From Candidatus Woesearchaeota archaeon (GTDB lineage Archaea > Nanobdellota > Nanobdellia > Woesearchaeales > UBA11576): a DNA stretch of 64,000 nucleotides. Under the pieces are notes generated by a model. It was not told the origin of the DNA. It was given only the letters and a program-made list of their open reading frames with translations, and searched no databases. The stretch lies in assembly GCA_018675335.1 (NCBI GenBank), contig JABGYH010000006.1, positions 17,464-81,463 on the forward strand, given 5' to 3'. Numbering within the stretch: position 1 is the stretch's first letter; every line of letters starts with the position of its first letter. The translations under genes and the position numbers were made by a program. Shown here in pieces: positions 1 through 9,875 of the stretch.

Positions 1-229
1 TACGAGTCTATCACTACTAGTAGCTCTACTACTACGAGTCATCTCGACTGAATAAATACCCCCTTAATATTTATAAATACAAAATATTTTAATATATAAA
101 GGTTTTGGTTAAATTATTAAAAAAGAAATATGACTCGCACAATAATAAACACATAAAAAAACATAAAAAATCATTCAATTTTTGAAAACAAATACGGGAA
201 ATAACCATCTCAAACATAATTTAAAAAAA

Positions 230-2758
230 TTAATTAAATACATTATCAGTAATTACATAATCAACTCCTGAAAATATGAGATCTAGAGTAGTATTAATAT
301 TATTTGACGTATATGTGTGAATTTTAAATCCTTCGTTTTTCAAAATTTTAATAAGTTCAGGATTTAAATTTAAATAATTAAAATCAAATCCCAAAATTCC
401 CAAATTCTTAAGCTGTTTAAGTTTAAACTTATTTAAGTCAAATCTTATATTTTCATTCCAATAAATAAGTTTTATATCTGAATTTAATTCATGAACTTTC
501 AATAAATAATCAAGATTAGTAGATTCTAAAAATATTTTATCAGAAAGCCCATTAATTTCAATTAAGTGTACTAATTTTTTTAAAAAAGTAAGAGGTTGAC
601 AACCAAAATCTTTCAAATCTAAATGATAATTAAGTTTCCTACCCATTTTAATAAATACTTCCTCAAGAAGAGGAATTGACTGATTAGAAATAGTTCCATC
701 AAGATTTTTTATTTTAATTTTTTTCAAATTACTCAAATTCAAATCACAAACATTTCCAGCACTATTTGTCTTATCTTGTAATAAATAATCATGAAATAAA
801 ATTATAGTTCCATCCTGTAAAGAAGTAATATCAATTTCAACATTAATAAATCCACGCTCAAATGCTTTTTCTATTGCAAGTAACGAATTTTCGGGATACA
901 ATGATAATAAACCCCTATGACCAAACAATTTATTTAATAATAACAAATTTTTAAATCGTTTACAAAGATTAGTTTTTAAAAATAAATTTATATTTGATTT
1001 TTTTACCAATACAGGGTTAGATTCTGAAGGATCTTGACGCAAATCAAAAACTAATTCGAGTTTATTTTCAAAACTATAAACTTTTTTAATAGTGTTGTTT
1101 TGATTTATCACCATAAATCCCCCTCCATAAGGTTGCATCAAAACTTGACAAGACTCATATTGATCACTAAACATACTATGATTTTTTTTAATTAAAAAAG
1201 AAAATGAATTAGAAAAATAATTATCACTTAATAAACTTAAAATTGTTGGAATAATATCTAATTGACTATATTTATCAGTTATAATCCTATTTTTAAAAAA
1301 AGTTTCATTTTTTGATTTTGGAGGAACTAATAAAAAACTTGTAACAAACGAATCTTCATAAAAAGAAATTTCATTACTATAAATATTGTGTCGCCCAATA
1401 GGAAATGAATGATCTCCAAATATCATTAAATAACTATTATTTTCATATCTCATAAATCGTTTTTTAAAAACATTCAAATGATTATCTTGAACGACTAACG
1501 AATTAATATATTCTTCATACTTATTTTGTGCAGGATTGAATTTATAAACTGAAGAATATTCAGCTATATTCTTAAACGGGTAATGATGTTCATCTAAAGC
1601 CACATAAACAAATAATTTTTGACCTTCAATATAATTTTGTTCCAAATAATCAAATAATTTATCATATACTACATCATCCGGATATCCCCACTCAGTATTT
1701 TTTTCTTGCCCAGTTAAAAATTTGTCAAACAAAACATAATCAAACCCTATTTTTTTCATAAAAATTCCCGTTTTTTGAAAATTTAAATCATCTGCACTAA
1801 AAAAATAAGTAGTATAACCTGCATCCTTCAATATTTGAGGCAAACAAATTTTATTAAATTCAGATAATCTATCAACATAAAATGCGGCATTATTACTATA
1901 AATTCCACAAAGTATATTTTCTTGAGCACGTAACGTTTGAATACTATTGCTATAAAATTGAGGAAAAAATACTCCTTCTTTTGAAATATTAGTCATAACA
2001 GGAACATAATTTCCCACATATGTTTTATCAAACATGGTAACATTAGGCATGATATCCAACCCGTTAAGAGATTCTAATTGCACAAAAAAAATATGTTCAT
2101 TATGTTTTTGAGAAAAATTAAAATTACCAAAAACCTCCAAGTAATTTAAATTATATAATTCTTCTTTATTGGCTAAATTTTGCAAATAATCTCTACTAGA
2201 AACCACCAAAGGAACTGGGAAAAAAAAGATTGAACTTATTAAATTTACAAAAATTAAAAAAACAAATAAAATTATAATTAAATTTTTCTTTTTAAATATC
2301 TGAATCAAATATTTTTCTTTTAACAAATTTTTAATAAGTTTAATTCCTGATCGAAAAGTAAAATAAATTAAAAAAAATAATCCTAAAATAAAAATAATCA
2401 AATATGAAGTACCAACAGTATTTTTTAATGTTAACAGTGAATAAAAACCACTATCAAAAACAAAAGATAAGTCAATTAAATTCCCCGTATATAAATAATA
2501 AAAAAGAAATAATATTGACAGTACCCAATATGACAAATATAATCCCCATAAAAAAAAAGTTAAAAATTTAAATTTAGTTCCAAACAACAAACAACTTAGT
2601 AAAATAAATATAAATAAAAAAAGATGAAACAAAGTTGATAAAAATATATCTAAAATTATAAATTCCAACATATTTTGTATTAGTGGTAAAAAAACAAACA
2701 ATATAATTAACGGAAATAACTCCCCCCAATTATGTTTTAACATTTGCATAAATTTCAT
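230..2758 (-). CDS. Membrane-anchored LtaS-like (sulfatase/alkaline-phosphatase superfamily) phosphoglycerol-transferase domain fused to a C-terminal glycerophosphodiester phosphodiesterase (GDPD) domain
   Basis: About 185 aa of N-terminal TM helices. Then an LtaS-like core with 'FFVQLESLNG' (the metal-binding Glu motif of LtaS 'IQLESF') and the 'FGDHSFP' Asp/His metal motif. C-terminal 'FGHRGLLSLYPENSLLAIEKAFERGFINVEIDITSLQDGTIILFHD' is a canonical GDPD HRG...PEN...E.D...HD signature. Confidence 0.6.
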   Translation of the reverse strand: MKFMQMLKHNWGELFPLIILFVFLPLIQNMLEFIILDIFLSTLFHLFLFIFILLSCLLFGTKFKFLTFFLWGLYLSYWVLSILFLFYYLYTGNLIDLSFVFDSGFYSLLTLKNTVGTSYLIIFILGLFFLIYFTFRSGIKLIKNLLKEKYLIQIFKKKNLIIILFVFLIFVNLISSIFFFPVPLVVSSRDYLQNLANKEELYNLNYLEVFGNFNFSQKHNEHIFFVQLESLNGLDIMPNVTMFDKTYVGNYVPVMTNISKEGVFFPQFYSNSIQTLRAQENILCGIYSNNAAFYVDRLSEFNKICLPQILKDAGYTTYFFSADDLNFQKTGIFMKKIGFDYVLFDKFLTGQEKNTEWGYPDDVVYDKLFDYLEQNYIEGQKLFVYVALDEHHYPFKNIAEYSSVYKFNPAQNKYEEYINSLVVQDNHLNVFKKRFMRYENNSYLMIFGDHSFPIGRHNIYSNEISFYEDSFVTSFLLVPPKSKNETFFKNRIITDKYSQLDIIPTILSLLSDNYFSNSFSFLIKKNHSMFSDQYESCQVLMQPYGGGFMVINQNNTIKKVYSFENKLELVFDLRQDPSESNPVLVKKSNINLFLKTNLCKRFKNLLLLNKLFGHRGLLSLYPENSLLAIEKAFERGFINVEIDITSLQDGTIILFHDYLLQDKTNSAGNVCDLNLSNLKKIKIKNLDGTISNQSIPLLEEVFIKMGRKLNYHLDLKDFGCQPLTFLKKLVHLIEINGLSDKIFLESTNLDYLLKVHELNSDIKLIYWNENIRFDLNKFKLKQLKNLGILGFDFNYLNLNPELIKILKNEGFKIHTYTSNNINTTLDLIFSGVDYVITDNVFN

Positions 2759-5028
2759 TTTTTAATCAATTCACCAAGTTTTTTTCTAAAAATAAATACC
2801 AAAATAAACGAAAATAAACTAAAAAAAAACAATCCAATTCTTAATGCTCTTAATTTATATTCAAAATAAACTTTGTAAACTCCTGGAGTGTCAACTTTTA
2901 CAGACATAAAACTTGGACTAATTTCGTAAATTTCAGATTCAGTTCCATTAACATACGCGCGCCATTCAGGATGCGCACTAACTTTTAACATAATAAAACA
3001 ACTAGAATCAGTTACATTAACTAAAGTTTCATAATATCCTCGCCTAACAACTTCAGTTCCACCAATAACAGATCCACAATTTTTAGGAACTGATTTAAAT
3101 GTTTGAAAAAAATGGAGTGCATCTACTGTTGTTAATTCATGTGTTTTTAAATTTTTAACATCAATATTAAAACTATTATCAGTTATAACAACTCGTTTTC
3201 TATCCTCACTTAACAATGATTGATAATTTTTCATCAAAACAGATCGTTCAGGGGGAATAATTAAAAAGTTCAAATCAATATGTTCAGTTATACTAGTTAA
3301 TTCATTCAACAAACGAGGTTTTAAAATTAGGATATGTTCATTAGTCGAAGGAAGTACACTAAAATACCACATAAGAAAAATAGGCCTGGAATCACCTAAA
3401 GAAGAATCAATCGCAATAGAACTTTGAACTAAATCAAAATAAGAAGAAGACGTTTTATTAAAAATAACATAGTTTTTATTTTTAAAATAAAAATCAGTCA
3501 AATTAGTTCTATTAGAATTTGAAATAAAATAGCCTAAATTAAATAAATTATACAGATCAGTTTTATTTGAGAATGAAATAAATGGTTTATTCACATAAAA
3601 AATACTCAAAGAATCATGTCCTCCTATTCCACCACTAAAAAAAGACGGTTTATTAGAATAAATTGGAATGCTATTAGGAATCATAGAATATGAACTAAAA
3701 TTTTCAAAAATTACTCGAGAATTAGGCATTAAATTTAACTCATTCATGATTTGATTAAGATCCGGTTCAGACCCCACATCATGAAAAGTAACAACGTTTC
3801 CCACATAATTAGCAGATGTATCTATAACAACAGGTGCCAAAAAAAAAACACAAACTAATAATACAATCAATAAATTAATTTGTTCATACCGGTGAAGCCT
3901 AAATTTAGAAGAAATCAAATCAATCAAAAAACCAAATGCGACTCCGATAAGAATTATTGAAAAAAAATGAAGCAAACTAATAAACCTAAATAATGGAATT
4001 GCACTAACACCAGGAATAAAATTAATTAAATTTCCAAATAATGCACGACCAATTAAAAAAAAGAAAGATAAACAAAACCCTGCCAAAATAAATTTATGTC
4101 TATCTTCTTGACGAAAATGAAAAGAAATCAAAATTCCCAAAACAGCAAAAAAAGTTAAAAAAGGCAATCTCCCAAAATCTAAAAAATTACCTGAAAAAAA
4201 ATGAAAAAATGATGAAACCCCATAACCATCAATACGATCAAAAGATTTATGTGAAAATTTACCATCATTCATATAATCCCCATAAAAATATATTGGAATC
4301 AAAAGAAATGCCACAAAACAGAAAGTACAAAAAGCTAAAAAAAGAATTTTCTTTAATTTTAGTTTATTAAATTTCAAAAAAAGAGCAGGCACAGCAGTTA
4401 AAGCAGCCATAAACCCAGATAAAAAATGGGTTAAAAAAGTAAGAGATAAAAAAACAGATACTTTAAAAAAAGTAATTTCATTTTTACAATTTTTAATAAA
4501 AAAAAATCGGTAAATAAACGCAATTGTAAGTGGAAAAAAAATTAACACCATCACTTGAGAGTATATACCATATTTAAAAAAAGCTACAATCTCTAATCCA
4601 AATCCCTGATAAGAAGAAAGCATTGTTGAGACCAATGCACTAAATAATGAACTAATTTGAGAAAATTCCATCAACCTCATACTTTTATAAATAACTAAAG
4701 GGAATAACCCAAAAGATAAAAAGATCGATAACTTAAATAAAAATAACAAATCTAAATGAGTGAATACATATATTAAACCAATAAAAAAATAAGATAATGG
4801 TGCATAAAAATTAAACAAAGGAAACCCCAAATTATAATCTGGACTCCACCAATTAAGAGTATGAGTTTGAATTAAATCTACCGTATTAATAACTAAATTA
4901 AAATGACTTACTCCATCGCCCCCCGGAGGAAGCCCTCGCTGCAATAAAGGAGATAAAAAAAATAAATTAAAAAAAATAATAATTCCTAAAATAATATACA
5001 GCGATGTTTTGTGTAATTCTTTCATCAA
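2755..5028 (-). CDS. Large polytopic membrane protein with C-terminal extracytoplasmic domain; GT-C-like glycosyltransferase candidate (YfhO/ArnT/PMT-like architecture). Not AglB: no WWDYG motif
   Basis: At least 12 predicted TM helices across the first ~400 aa, then a ~350 aa soluble domain. Its start overlaps the stop of the LtaS-GDPD gene by 4 nt, indicating an operon. Assignment is by architecture only. Confidence 0.35.
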   Translation of the reverse strand: MMKELHKTSLYIILGIIIFFNLFFLSPLLQRGLPPGGDGVSHFNLVINTVDLIQTHTLNWWSPDYNLGFPLFNFYAPLSYFFIGLIYVFTHLDLLFLFKLSIFLSFGLFPLVIYKSMRLMEFSQISSLFSALVSTMLSSYQGFGLEIVAFFKYGIYSQVMVLIFFPLTIAFIYRFFFIKNCKNEITFFKVSVFLSLTFLTHFLSGFMAALTAVPALFLKFNKLKLKKILFLAFCTFCFVAFLLIPIYFYGDYMNDGKFSHKSFDRIDGYGVSSFFHFFSGNFLDFGRLPFLTFFAVLGILISFHFRQEDRHKFILAGFCLSFFFLIGRALFGNLINFIPGVSAIPLFRFISLLHFFSIILIGVAFGFLIDLISSKFRLHRYEQINLLIVLLVCVFFLAPVVIDTSANYVGNVVTFHDVGSEPDLNQIMNELNLMPNSRVIFENFSSYSMIPNSIPIYSNKPSFFSGGIGGHDSLSIFYVNKPFISFSNKTDLYNLFNLGYFISNSNRTNLTDFYFKNKNYVIFNKTSSSYFDLVQSSIAIDSSLGDSRPIFLMWYFSVLPSTNEHILILKPRLLNELTSITEHIDLNFLIIPPERSVLMKNYQSLLSEDRKRVVITDNSFNIDVKNLKTHELTTVDALHFFQTFKSVPKNCGSVIGGTEVVRRGYYETLVNVTDSSCFIMLKVSAHPEWRAYVNGTESEIYEISPSFMSVKVDTPGVYKVYFEYKLRALRIGLFFFSLFSFILVFIFRKKLGELIKK

Positions 5029-5098
5029 AAATTTAAAAATAAAAGATATTTAAATAGTTTTAGAATCATTTAAATAGGAAAACAAGTATATCCAAATT

Positions 5099-5812
5099 AT
5101 GAAAATATCCATAGTAATTCCCGCATATAATGAAGAAAAAAGAATAGGAAATTCATTAAAAAAAATAATCAAATTTTGCAATAAAAATTTGACAGATTAT
5201 GAATTAATCATAGTGAATGACTTCTCAAAAGACAATACATTAGAAATAATAAACAAAAACAAAAACAAAAAAACAAAAGTTCTAAAAAATAAAAAAAATA
5301 AAGGAAAAGGTTATACTGTGAAAAGAGGTATTTTAAATGCAAAATACCCTCTAGTCCTATTTTCAGATAGTGATCTTGCAACACCTATTGAAGAAATTTT
5401 AAAAATGCTCAAATACATCCCAAAATATGATATTATTATTGCATCCAGAAACCTAAAAAAGTCCGATGTAAGAGTCAAACAATCTTGGTATCGTCAAATA
5501 ATGGGTAAAACATTTCCAATTATTGTTAATATGCTAGCAGTTCCAGGAATTCGTGATACTCAATGTGGATTTAAATTATTCAAAACAGATCTAGCAAAAA
5601 AAATTGTATCAAAGCAAACAATTAATAGATGGGCTTTTGATGTAGAATTATTATTTATCGCAAGAAAAATGAATCTAAAAATAAAAGAAGTCCCAATTAT
5701 TTGGATCGATAAAGAAGGAAGCACAATAACCAACCCCCTCCGAGACGCAACAAAAATGCTAAAAGATGTTATAAAAATCCAATTAAATAATTTCAAAGGA
5801 AAATATGATTAA
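5099..5812 (+). CDS. GT2 family polyprenyl-phosphate sugar synthase (Dpm1/GtrB/CsbB-like)
   Basis: 'ISIVIPAYNEE...IVNDFSKDNT...FSDSDLATP...TQCGFKLF' gives GT2 DxD/DAD-type motifs. Length 237 aa. Confidence 0.7.
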   Translation: MKISIVIPAYNEEKRIGNSLKKIIKFCNKNLTDYELIIVNDFSKDNTLEIINKNKNKKTKVLKNKKNKGKGYTVKRGILNAKYPLVLFSDSDLATPIEEILKMLKYIPKYDIIIASRNLKKSDVRVKQSWYRQIMGKTFPIIVNMLAVPGIRDTQCGFKLFKTDLAKKIVSKQTINRWAFDVELLFIARKMNLKIKEVPIIWIDKEGSTITNPLRDATKMLKDVIKIQLNNFKGKYD

Positions 5813-6522
5813 AAAAATTTAAAAATAAAATAATTCCATAAATTATACAAATAAAGATAATATTCTTTAAAATTTGCTTTACTTTTTCCTTTAACGCGAT
5901 CAGTAAAAGTTATTGGTACTTCTTTAACGATTTTCCAATTTGATTTAACCAACAGCTCTAAACAAATTTTAAATCCTTTTGCATTAAATCGTTTTCCTTC
6001 TATACATTTTTTTTTAATTAAAAAAAAACCAGACATGGGATCCTTCGCTTTAGTAAATGGACGAGATAAAAATGTTGCTCCTTTTGAAACAATTCTTCGA
6101 AATAAAGGCCACCCAACAATTTTACCTCCCTTAACATACCTGCTTCCAATAACAAAATCAGGAAATCGCTTATCATATCCAACAGGAGTAATAATTGCAT
6201 TATAAAGTTGAGGAATTAATTGGGGAGGATGACTCATATCAGCATCCATAACGCCTAAAATTTCTCCTTTTGCACAATCAAATCCTGCTAATACTGCAGA
6301 ACTTAAACCAGTTTTAGCAGTTCTACTTAACAAATGAAGTTTAGAAAATTTATTTTTAAGTTTTTTAACCATTTCACTCGTTCCATCAGGAGAATTATCA
6401 TCAACAACAATAATCTCCGCAGAAATTTTATATTGACTAAATAATTCAAACAAATTTTTAATTAAAATAGAAATATTTTCTTTTTCATTATAAGTTGGAA
6501 TTATTAAACTAAGAACTACCAT
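5809..6522 (-). CDS. GT2 family dolichyl-phosphate hexose synthase (Dpm1-like), paralog of the convergent neighbour
   Basis: 'LSLIIPTYNEKENI...IVVDDNSPDGT...GVMDADMSHPP'. Exactly 237 aa. Converges on the previous GT2 with overlapping stop codons. Confidence 0.7.
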   Translation of the reverse strand: MVVLSLIIPTYNEKENISILIKNLFELFSQYKISAEIIVVDDNSPDGTSEMVKKLKNKFSKLHLLSRTAKTGLSSAVLAGFDCAKGEILGVMDADMSHPPQLIPQLYNAIITPVGYDKRFPDFVIGSRYVKGGKIVGWPLFRRIVSKGATFLSRPFTKAKDPMSGFFLIKKKCIEGKRFNAKGFKICLELLVKSNWKIVKEVPITFTDRVKGKSKANFKEYYLYLYNLWNYFIFKFF

Positions 6523-8422
6523 TGTTTACTCCTCGCATCTTTTGTTTTGTTAATAAAATAAGTTTATAAACTGATTGATCGGGTTTCATTTGTAACGCAA
6601 AATTAAATGCAAATAATGCCTCCTCATATTCACCTAAATAAAAATTAGCAATTCCTAAGTTATTCCACGACTCAAATGAAGAATTATCTAATTTAATTGC
6701 TTGATGAAAAAAATATTTAGCTGAGTTATAATCACCCATTTTCAATTTGTTTATTCCTAAAAATGATTTAGAATTAGAAAAATCTCTTTTAAGAACTAAA
6801 TATACAGGATCTTTTGATTCATTATGACTTATCAAATAATTAGCACTATAATATTCATAATCTAAATCAACATTCAAAGTAGACAAATTATTAATTTGAA
6901 AAATAATGCCCCTAATAGAATAAGTTTTATTTTCAACAGATAAATTATTAAAAGTGGAAAACAAAACATAATTAGTATCTAATTTAGCAATTAAATTATT
7001 AAATATATCATCAACACTCAAATAGTTTTCATTTGATAAAATAATATTAAATTTAGATTCAAGTTGTTTTAAATAAACCTTTGATCCAAACATATTTATA
7101 TGAATGATCTCAGTATTAACAAATTTATTATCAACATACTTTAAATACCAAAAAATGGGCAAAGTTACATCACTATCGGTAAACAAAACATTTTTTTCAG
7201 ACGTAATACTATAAATAGTATTATCAACATCTAATCCATACCAATAAGGCAAATAATTATCAGATTCATTATTAATTTGAAAATTACTATAAAATTGAAA
7301 ACATATCAAACAAAAAACAATTAAAAAAATAAAACCTTTAATTAATTTATTTAACTTATAATTTAATAAAAAATAAAAGCCATAAAGTATAATAAATAAA
7401 ACAAAAAAATAAGAGCTTAAAAAAAATATATCAATTCCTTTAATTTCAGTACCTATTTTATAAGTTATATTAAATAACAAATTAACTAAAAGAACTAATA
7501 AAAAAAAAATTCCTAATTTTATATCTTTTCTTTTAAAAAATAAATAAAAAACACCTAAAAAAATAAATAAACTTAACAAACCAAATTGAAAAAACAAATC
7601 ATTTACAAAAAAGGATATATAAGACGAAACTTGAGAATAATCTGCAGACCCCATCAACGGCCTAAATTGTTTTGCAGTTACATGATCTAAAAAATTACTA
7701 AATAATTCTGGATTACCCCAATCCATTTCAGGATTCATTGAAGATCTAATTGACAAATATAAATAGGGAGTAAGGCCAATAAGAAAAATTAAAAAACAAA
7801 TAATAATTATTTTAATATTAAACATTTTTTTATTTATTTTTAAATTAAAAATATTAAATCCTTGTTTTTTAATAAATATAAAATATAAAAATCCAGGAGC
7901 AAACAAAACATAAGTAAGATGATTTGTTAAACAAAGACCGTAGGTAAAACAAAAAAAATATAACCATTTATTATCTCCTAATTTTTCAAATTTTAACAAA
8001 AAATAAAAAGATACACTCAATAAAAAAATACCTAAAGTATGAACCTCGGCAATCACTGCTTGACTCCAAAATGTTTTAGAAAAAGAAAAAAGAAAAACTG
8101 CTAATAACGAAATTAATTTATTTTTAGATAAAATTAAAGCAGATAAAAATATGAAAATAGCAGCTAAACTTCCAAAAAATGCAGACATTAAATTAATCCT
8201 AAATCCCTGAGTTCCTAAAGGAATATAAGAAAACACATGCCCTAACATAGTATGCAAAGGATATCCTGTTGGGTGCGCTATTCCCAAAGTTATTGCAGCA
8301 GTTGAAAGTTCAACTGAATCTTCCCATTCAATAATTGGATTTAAAGTAATAAAATAAATTGAAAAGGTTAAAAAAAAAACAAATACAACCATAAAATAAG
8401 TATTTAAATATTTATTAACCAT
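6509..8422 (-). CDS. DUF2723/TMEM260-like GT-C membrane glycosyltransferase candidate with C-terminal TPR repeats
   Basis: N-terminal 'LGIAHPTGYPLHTMLGHVF' resembles the DUF2723 signature. About 11 TM helices. C-terminal 'YNSAKYFFHQAIKLDNSSFESWNNLGIANFYLGEYEEALFAFNFALQMKP' is TPR-like. Overlaps the upstream GT2 by 14 nt. Confidence 0.45.
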   Translation of the reverse strand: MVNKYLNTYFMVVFVFFLTFSIYFITLNPIIEWEDSVELSTAAITLGIAHPTGYPLHTMLGHVFSYIPLGTQGFRINLMSAFFGSLAAIFIFLSALILSKNKLISLLAVFLFSFSKTFWSQAVIAEVHTLGIFLLSVSFYFLLKFEKLGDNKWLYFFCFTYGLCLTNHLTYVLFAPGFLYFIFIKKQGFNIFNLKINKKMFNIKIIIICFLIFLIGLTPYLYLSIRSSMNPEMDWGNPELFSNFLDHVTAKQFRPLMGSADYSQVSSYISFFVNDLFFQFGLLSLFIFLGVFYLFFKRKDIKLGIFFLLVLLVNLLFNITYKIGTEIKGIDIFFLSSYFFVLFIILYGFYFLLNYKLNKLIKGFIFLIVFCLICFQFYSNFQINNESDNYLPYWYGLDVDNTIYSITSEKNVLFTDSDVTLPIFWYLKYVDNKFVNTEIIHINMFGSKVYLKQLESKFNIILSNENYLSVDDIFNNLIAKLDTNYVLFSTFNNLSVENKTYSIRGIIFQINNLSTLNVDLDYEYYSANYLISHNESKDPVYLVLKRDFSNSKSFLGINKLKMGDYNSAKYFFHQAIKLDNSSFESWNNLGIANFYLGEYEEALFAFNFALQMKPDQSVYKLILLTKQKMRGVNNGSS

Positions 8423-8508
8423 TTAGTTATTCAATATTAAACATTTTAAAAAGATTTAGGTAATATAATAATTATGTCTCATAACAATCAAGTAAAATAT
8501 TATAACTT

Positions 8509-9468
8509 CTAGTTATTATTTTTGTTCTTTCTAAAATATTTTGTTAACAAAAAGTAAAATACTAAGAAATATACAACAAACAGAATCCACCCAATATTAT
8601 TATGAAACAAATTTATTGCAAATTGCCTATCTATTTCAATTGCAACAATAGTTAATAAAAAAATTCTAAAAGAAGTAAGAACAAAATCACCAATTAATGC
8701 CAATCCAAATGCAGTAAATAGCTTCCAATCTTTTTTCAATTTGTCATCATATAAAAGAACTACAAGAAACAAAAATAGAAATAAAGAACTTGACTCAATA
8801 CCTGAACAATCTTTGCTTATTCCTGCTAGAAATCCTTTAGCAACTAATCCCATTCCTTGCTCATAAGGAACTACTGTCGCAATATTACCATAAACTAAAT
8901 TCAACATCCCTGCAGTTAAATTTGCAACCAAACTTGAAAAATAAACCCAATTTAAGTTCAAAAATTCTTTAATAGCAACATATATGACAATAAGAAGAAT
9001 TAGAGAAATAAATGTTTTTTTGTATTTAAAAAAAACTTTTTTGAAATAATTCAACCCAAAAATTGCGCAAAAAAAAGTAATTGTACCCAACCCATATAAA
9101 ACGGAAGATACATAAAAAATAGTCCATGCAAAATCATAATTACTTTTTGGATGAATAAAATACCTAAGTACAAAAAAAAGGAAAAATAAAATAAGCGAAC
9201 TTACTGAAAAAACAATTAGTTGAAATAAATCAGTTTTGGGTTTTAATTTCATTAATTCTTCTTCATTTAAAATAAAAAAAAGAACTAATAACACAAAAAA
9301 AAGAATATGTAATCTATGAAGAATTATATTAAATCCAATAACTAACTCAAATATATTCGCTAAAAAACTAAATAATAAAGGAAGTAACATAAAAACAGAA
9401 GTAAAAAAAATAAAATAATTAATTCTAAAAAAATTATATTTAGACAAATTCATTTTATTTCCTTTCAA
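8509..9468 (-). CDS. Exosortase/archaeosortase family transpeptidase (ArtA-like)
   Basis: About 8 TM helices over 319 aa. 'AGISKDCSGIESSS' matches the exosortase active-site CSG(I/L)xS motif. A downstream conserved Arg lies in 'LTSFRIFLL'. Overlaps the upstream secreted-protein gene by 14 nt. Confidence 0.55.
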   Translation of the reverse strand: MKGNKMNLSKYNFFRINYFIFFTSVFMLLPLLFSFLANIFELVIGFNIILHRLHILFFVLLVLFFILNEEELMKLKPKTDLFQLIVFSVSSLILFFLFFVLRYFIHPKSNYDFAWTIFYVSSVLYGLGTITFFCAIFGLNYFKKVFFKYKKTFISLILLIVIYVAIKEFLNLNWVYFSSLVANLTAGMLNLVYGNIATVVPYEQGMGLVAKGFLAGISKDCSGIESSSLFLFLFLVVLLYDDKLKKDWKLFTAFGLALIGDFVLTSFRIFLLTIVAIEIDRQFAINLFHNNIGWILFVVYFLVFYFLLTKYFRKNKNNN

Positions 9469-9871
9469 AAATTATTATGATTTTTCCAGAATAATAACCA
9501 TCTTCAATACCAATTGGAGGAAATACTCTAAAAAACAAAGGAAATTTTTCCAAAGGTTCTAAACTAAAAGAATTATTACGAGGAATAACTAAATCAGGAT
9601 AATCACCAACTGCATAAATTTTCACATTTACAGGCACATCATGCGAGTTTGTTACAAATACTTTCCGTTCAGAACTAGATCCTCCAGGAACCATCCCAAA
9701 ATGAATAGCGTCTGGATCAACATTAATTCCTACAATCGAACCATTAACTTTAAAATCGTATAACATAGTGCTTTTTTCAACAACTTTATAACTAGAATAC
9801 GCTAAAGAAGTTATACCAATACTAAATAATAAAACTAAAAAAAATAAAATAAAAAGAGTCATTTTTTTCAT
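9455..9871 (-). CDS. Small secreted protein (signal peptide plus ~110 aa beta-rich domain), co-operonic with the archaeosortase
   Basis: N-terminal 'MKKMTLFILFFLVLLFSIGITSLAYSS' signal peptide. Only a 4 nt gap to the upstream gene. Confidence 0.4.
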   Translation of the reverse strand: MKKMTLFILFFLVLLFSIGITSLAYSSYKVVEKSTMLYDFKVNGSIVGINVDPDAIHFGMVPGGSSSERKVFVTNSHDVPVNVKIYAVGDYPDLVIPRNNSFSLEPLEKFPLFFRVFPPIGIEDGYYSGKIIIIFERK

Positions 9872-9875
9872 AATA

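Noticed and set aside
1-51. Possible partial CDS at the window start: + strand Ser/Thr-rich C-terminus ending at TGA 49-51, or a minus-strand ATG at 40-42 reading leftwards out of the window
   Set aside because: It is too short and ambiguous to assign a strand or product. It is recorded as undetermined.
2755-5028. Assignment of the 757 aa membrane protein as the oligosaccharyltransferase AglB
   Set aside because: No WWDYG or DK/MI motifs are present in the C-terminal domain. It is kept only as a generic GT-C-like candidate.
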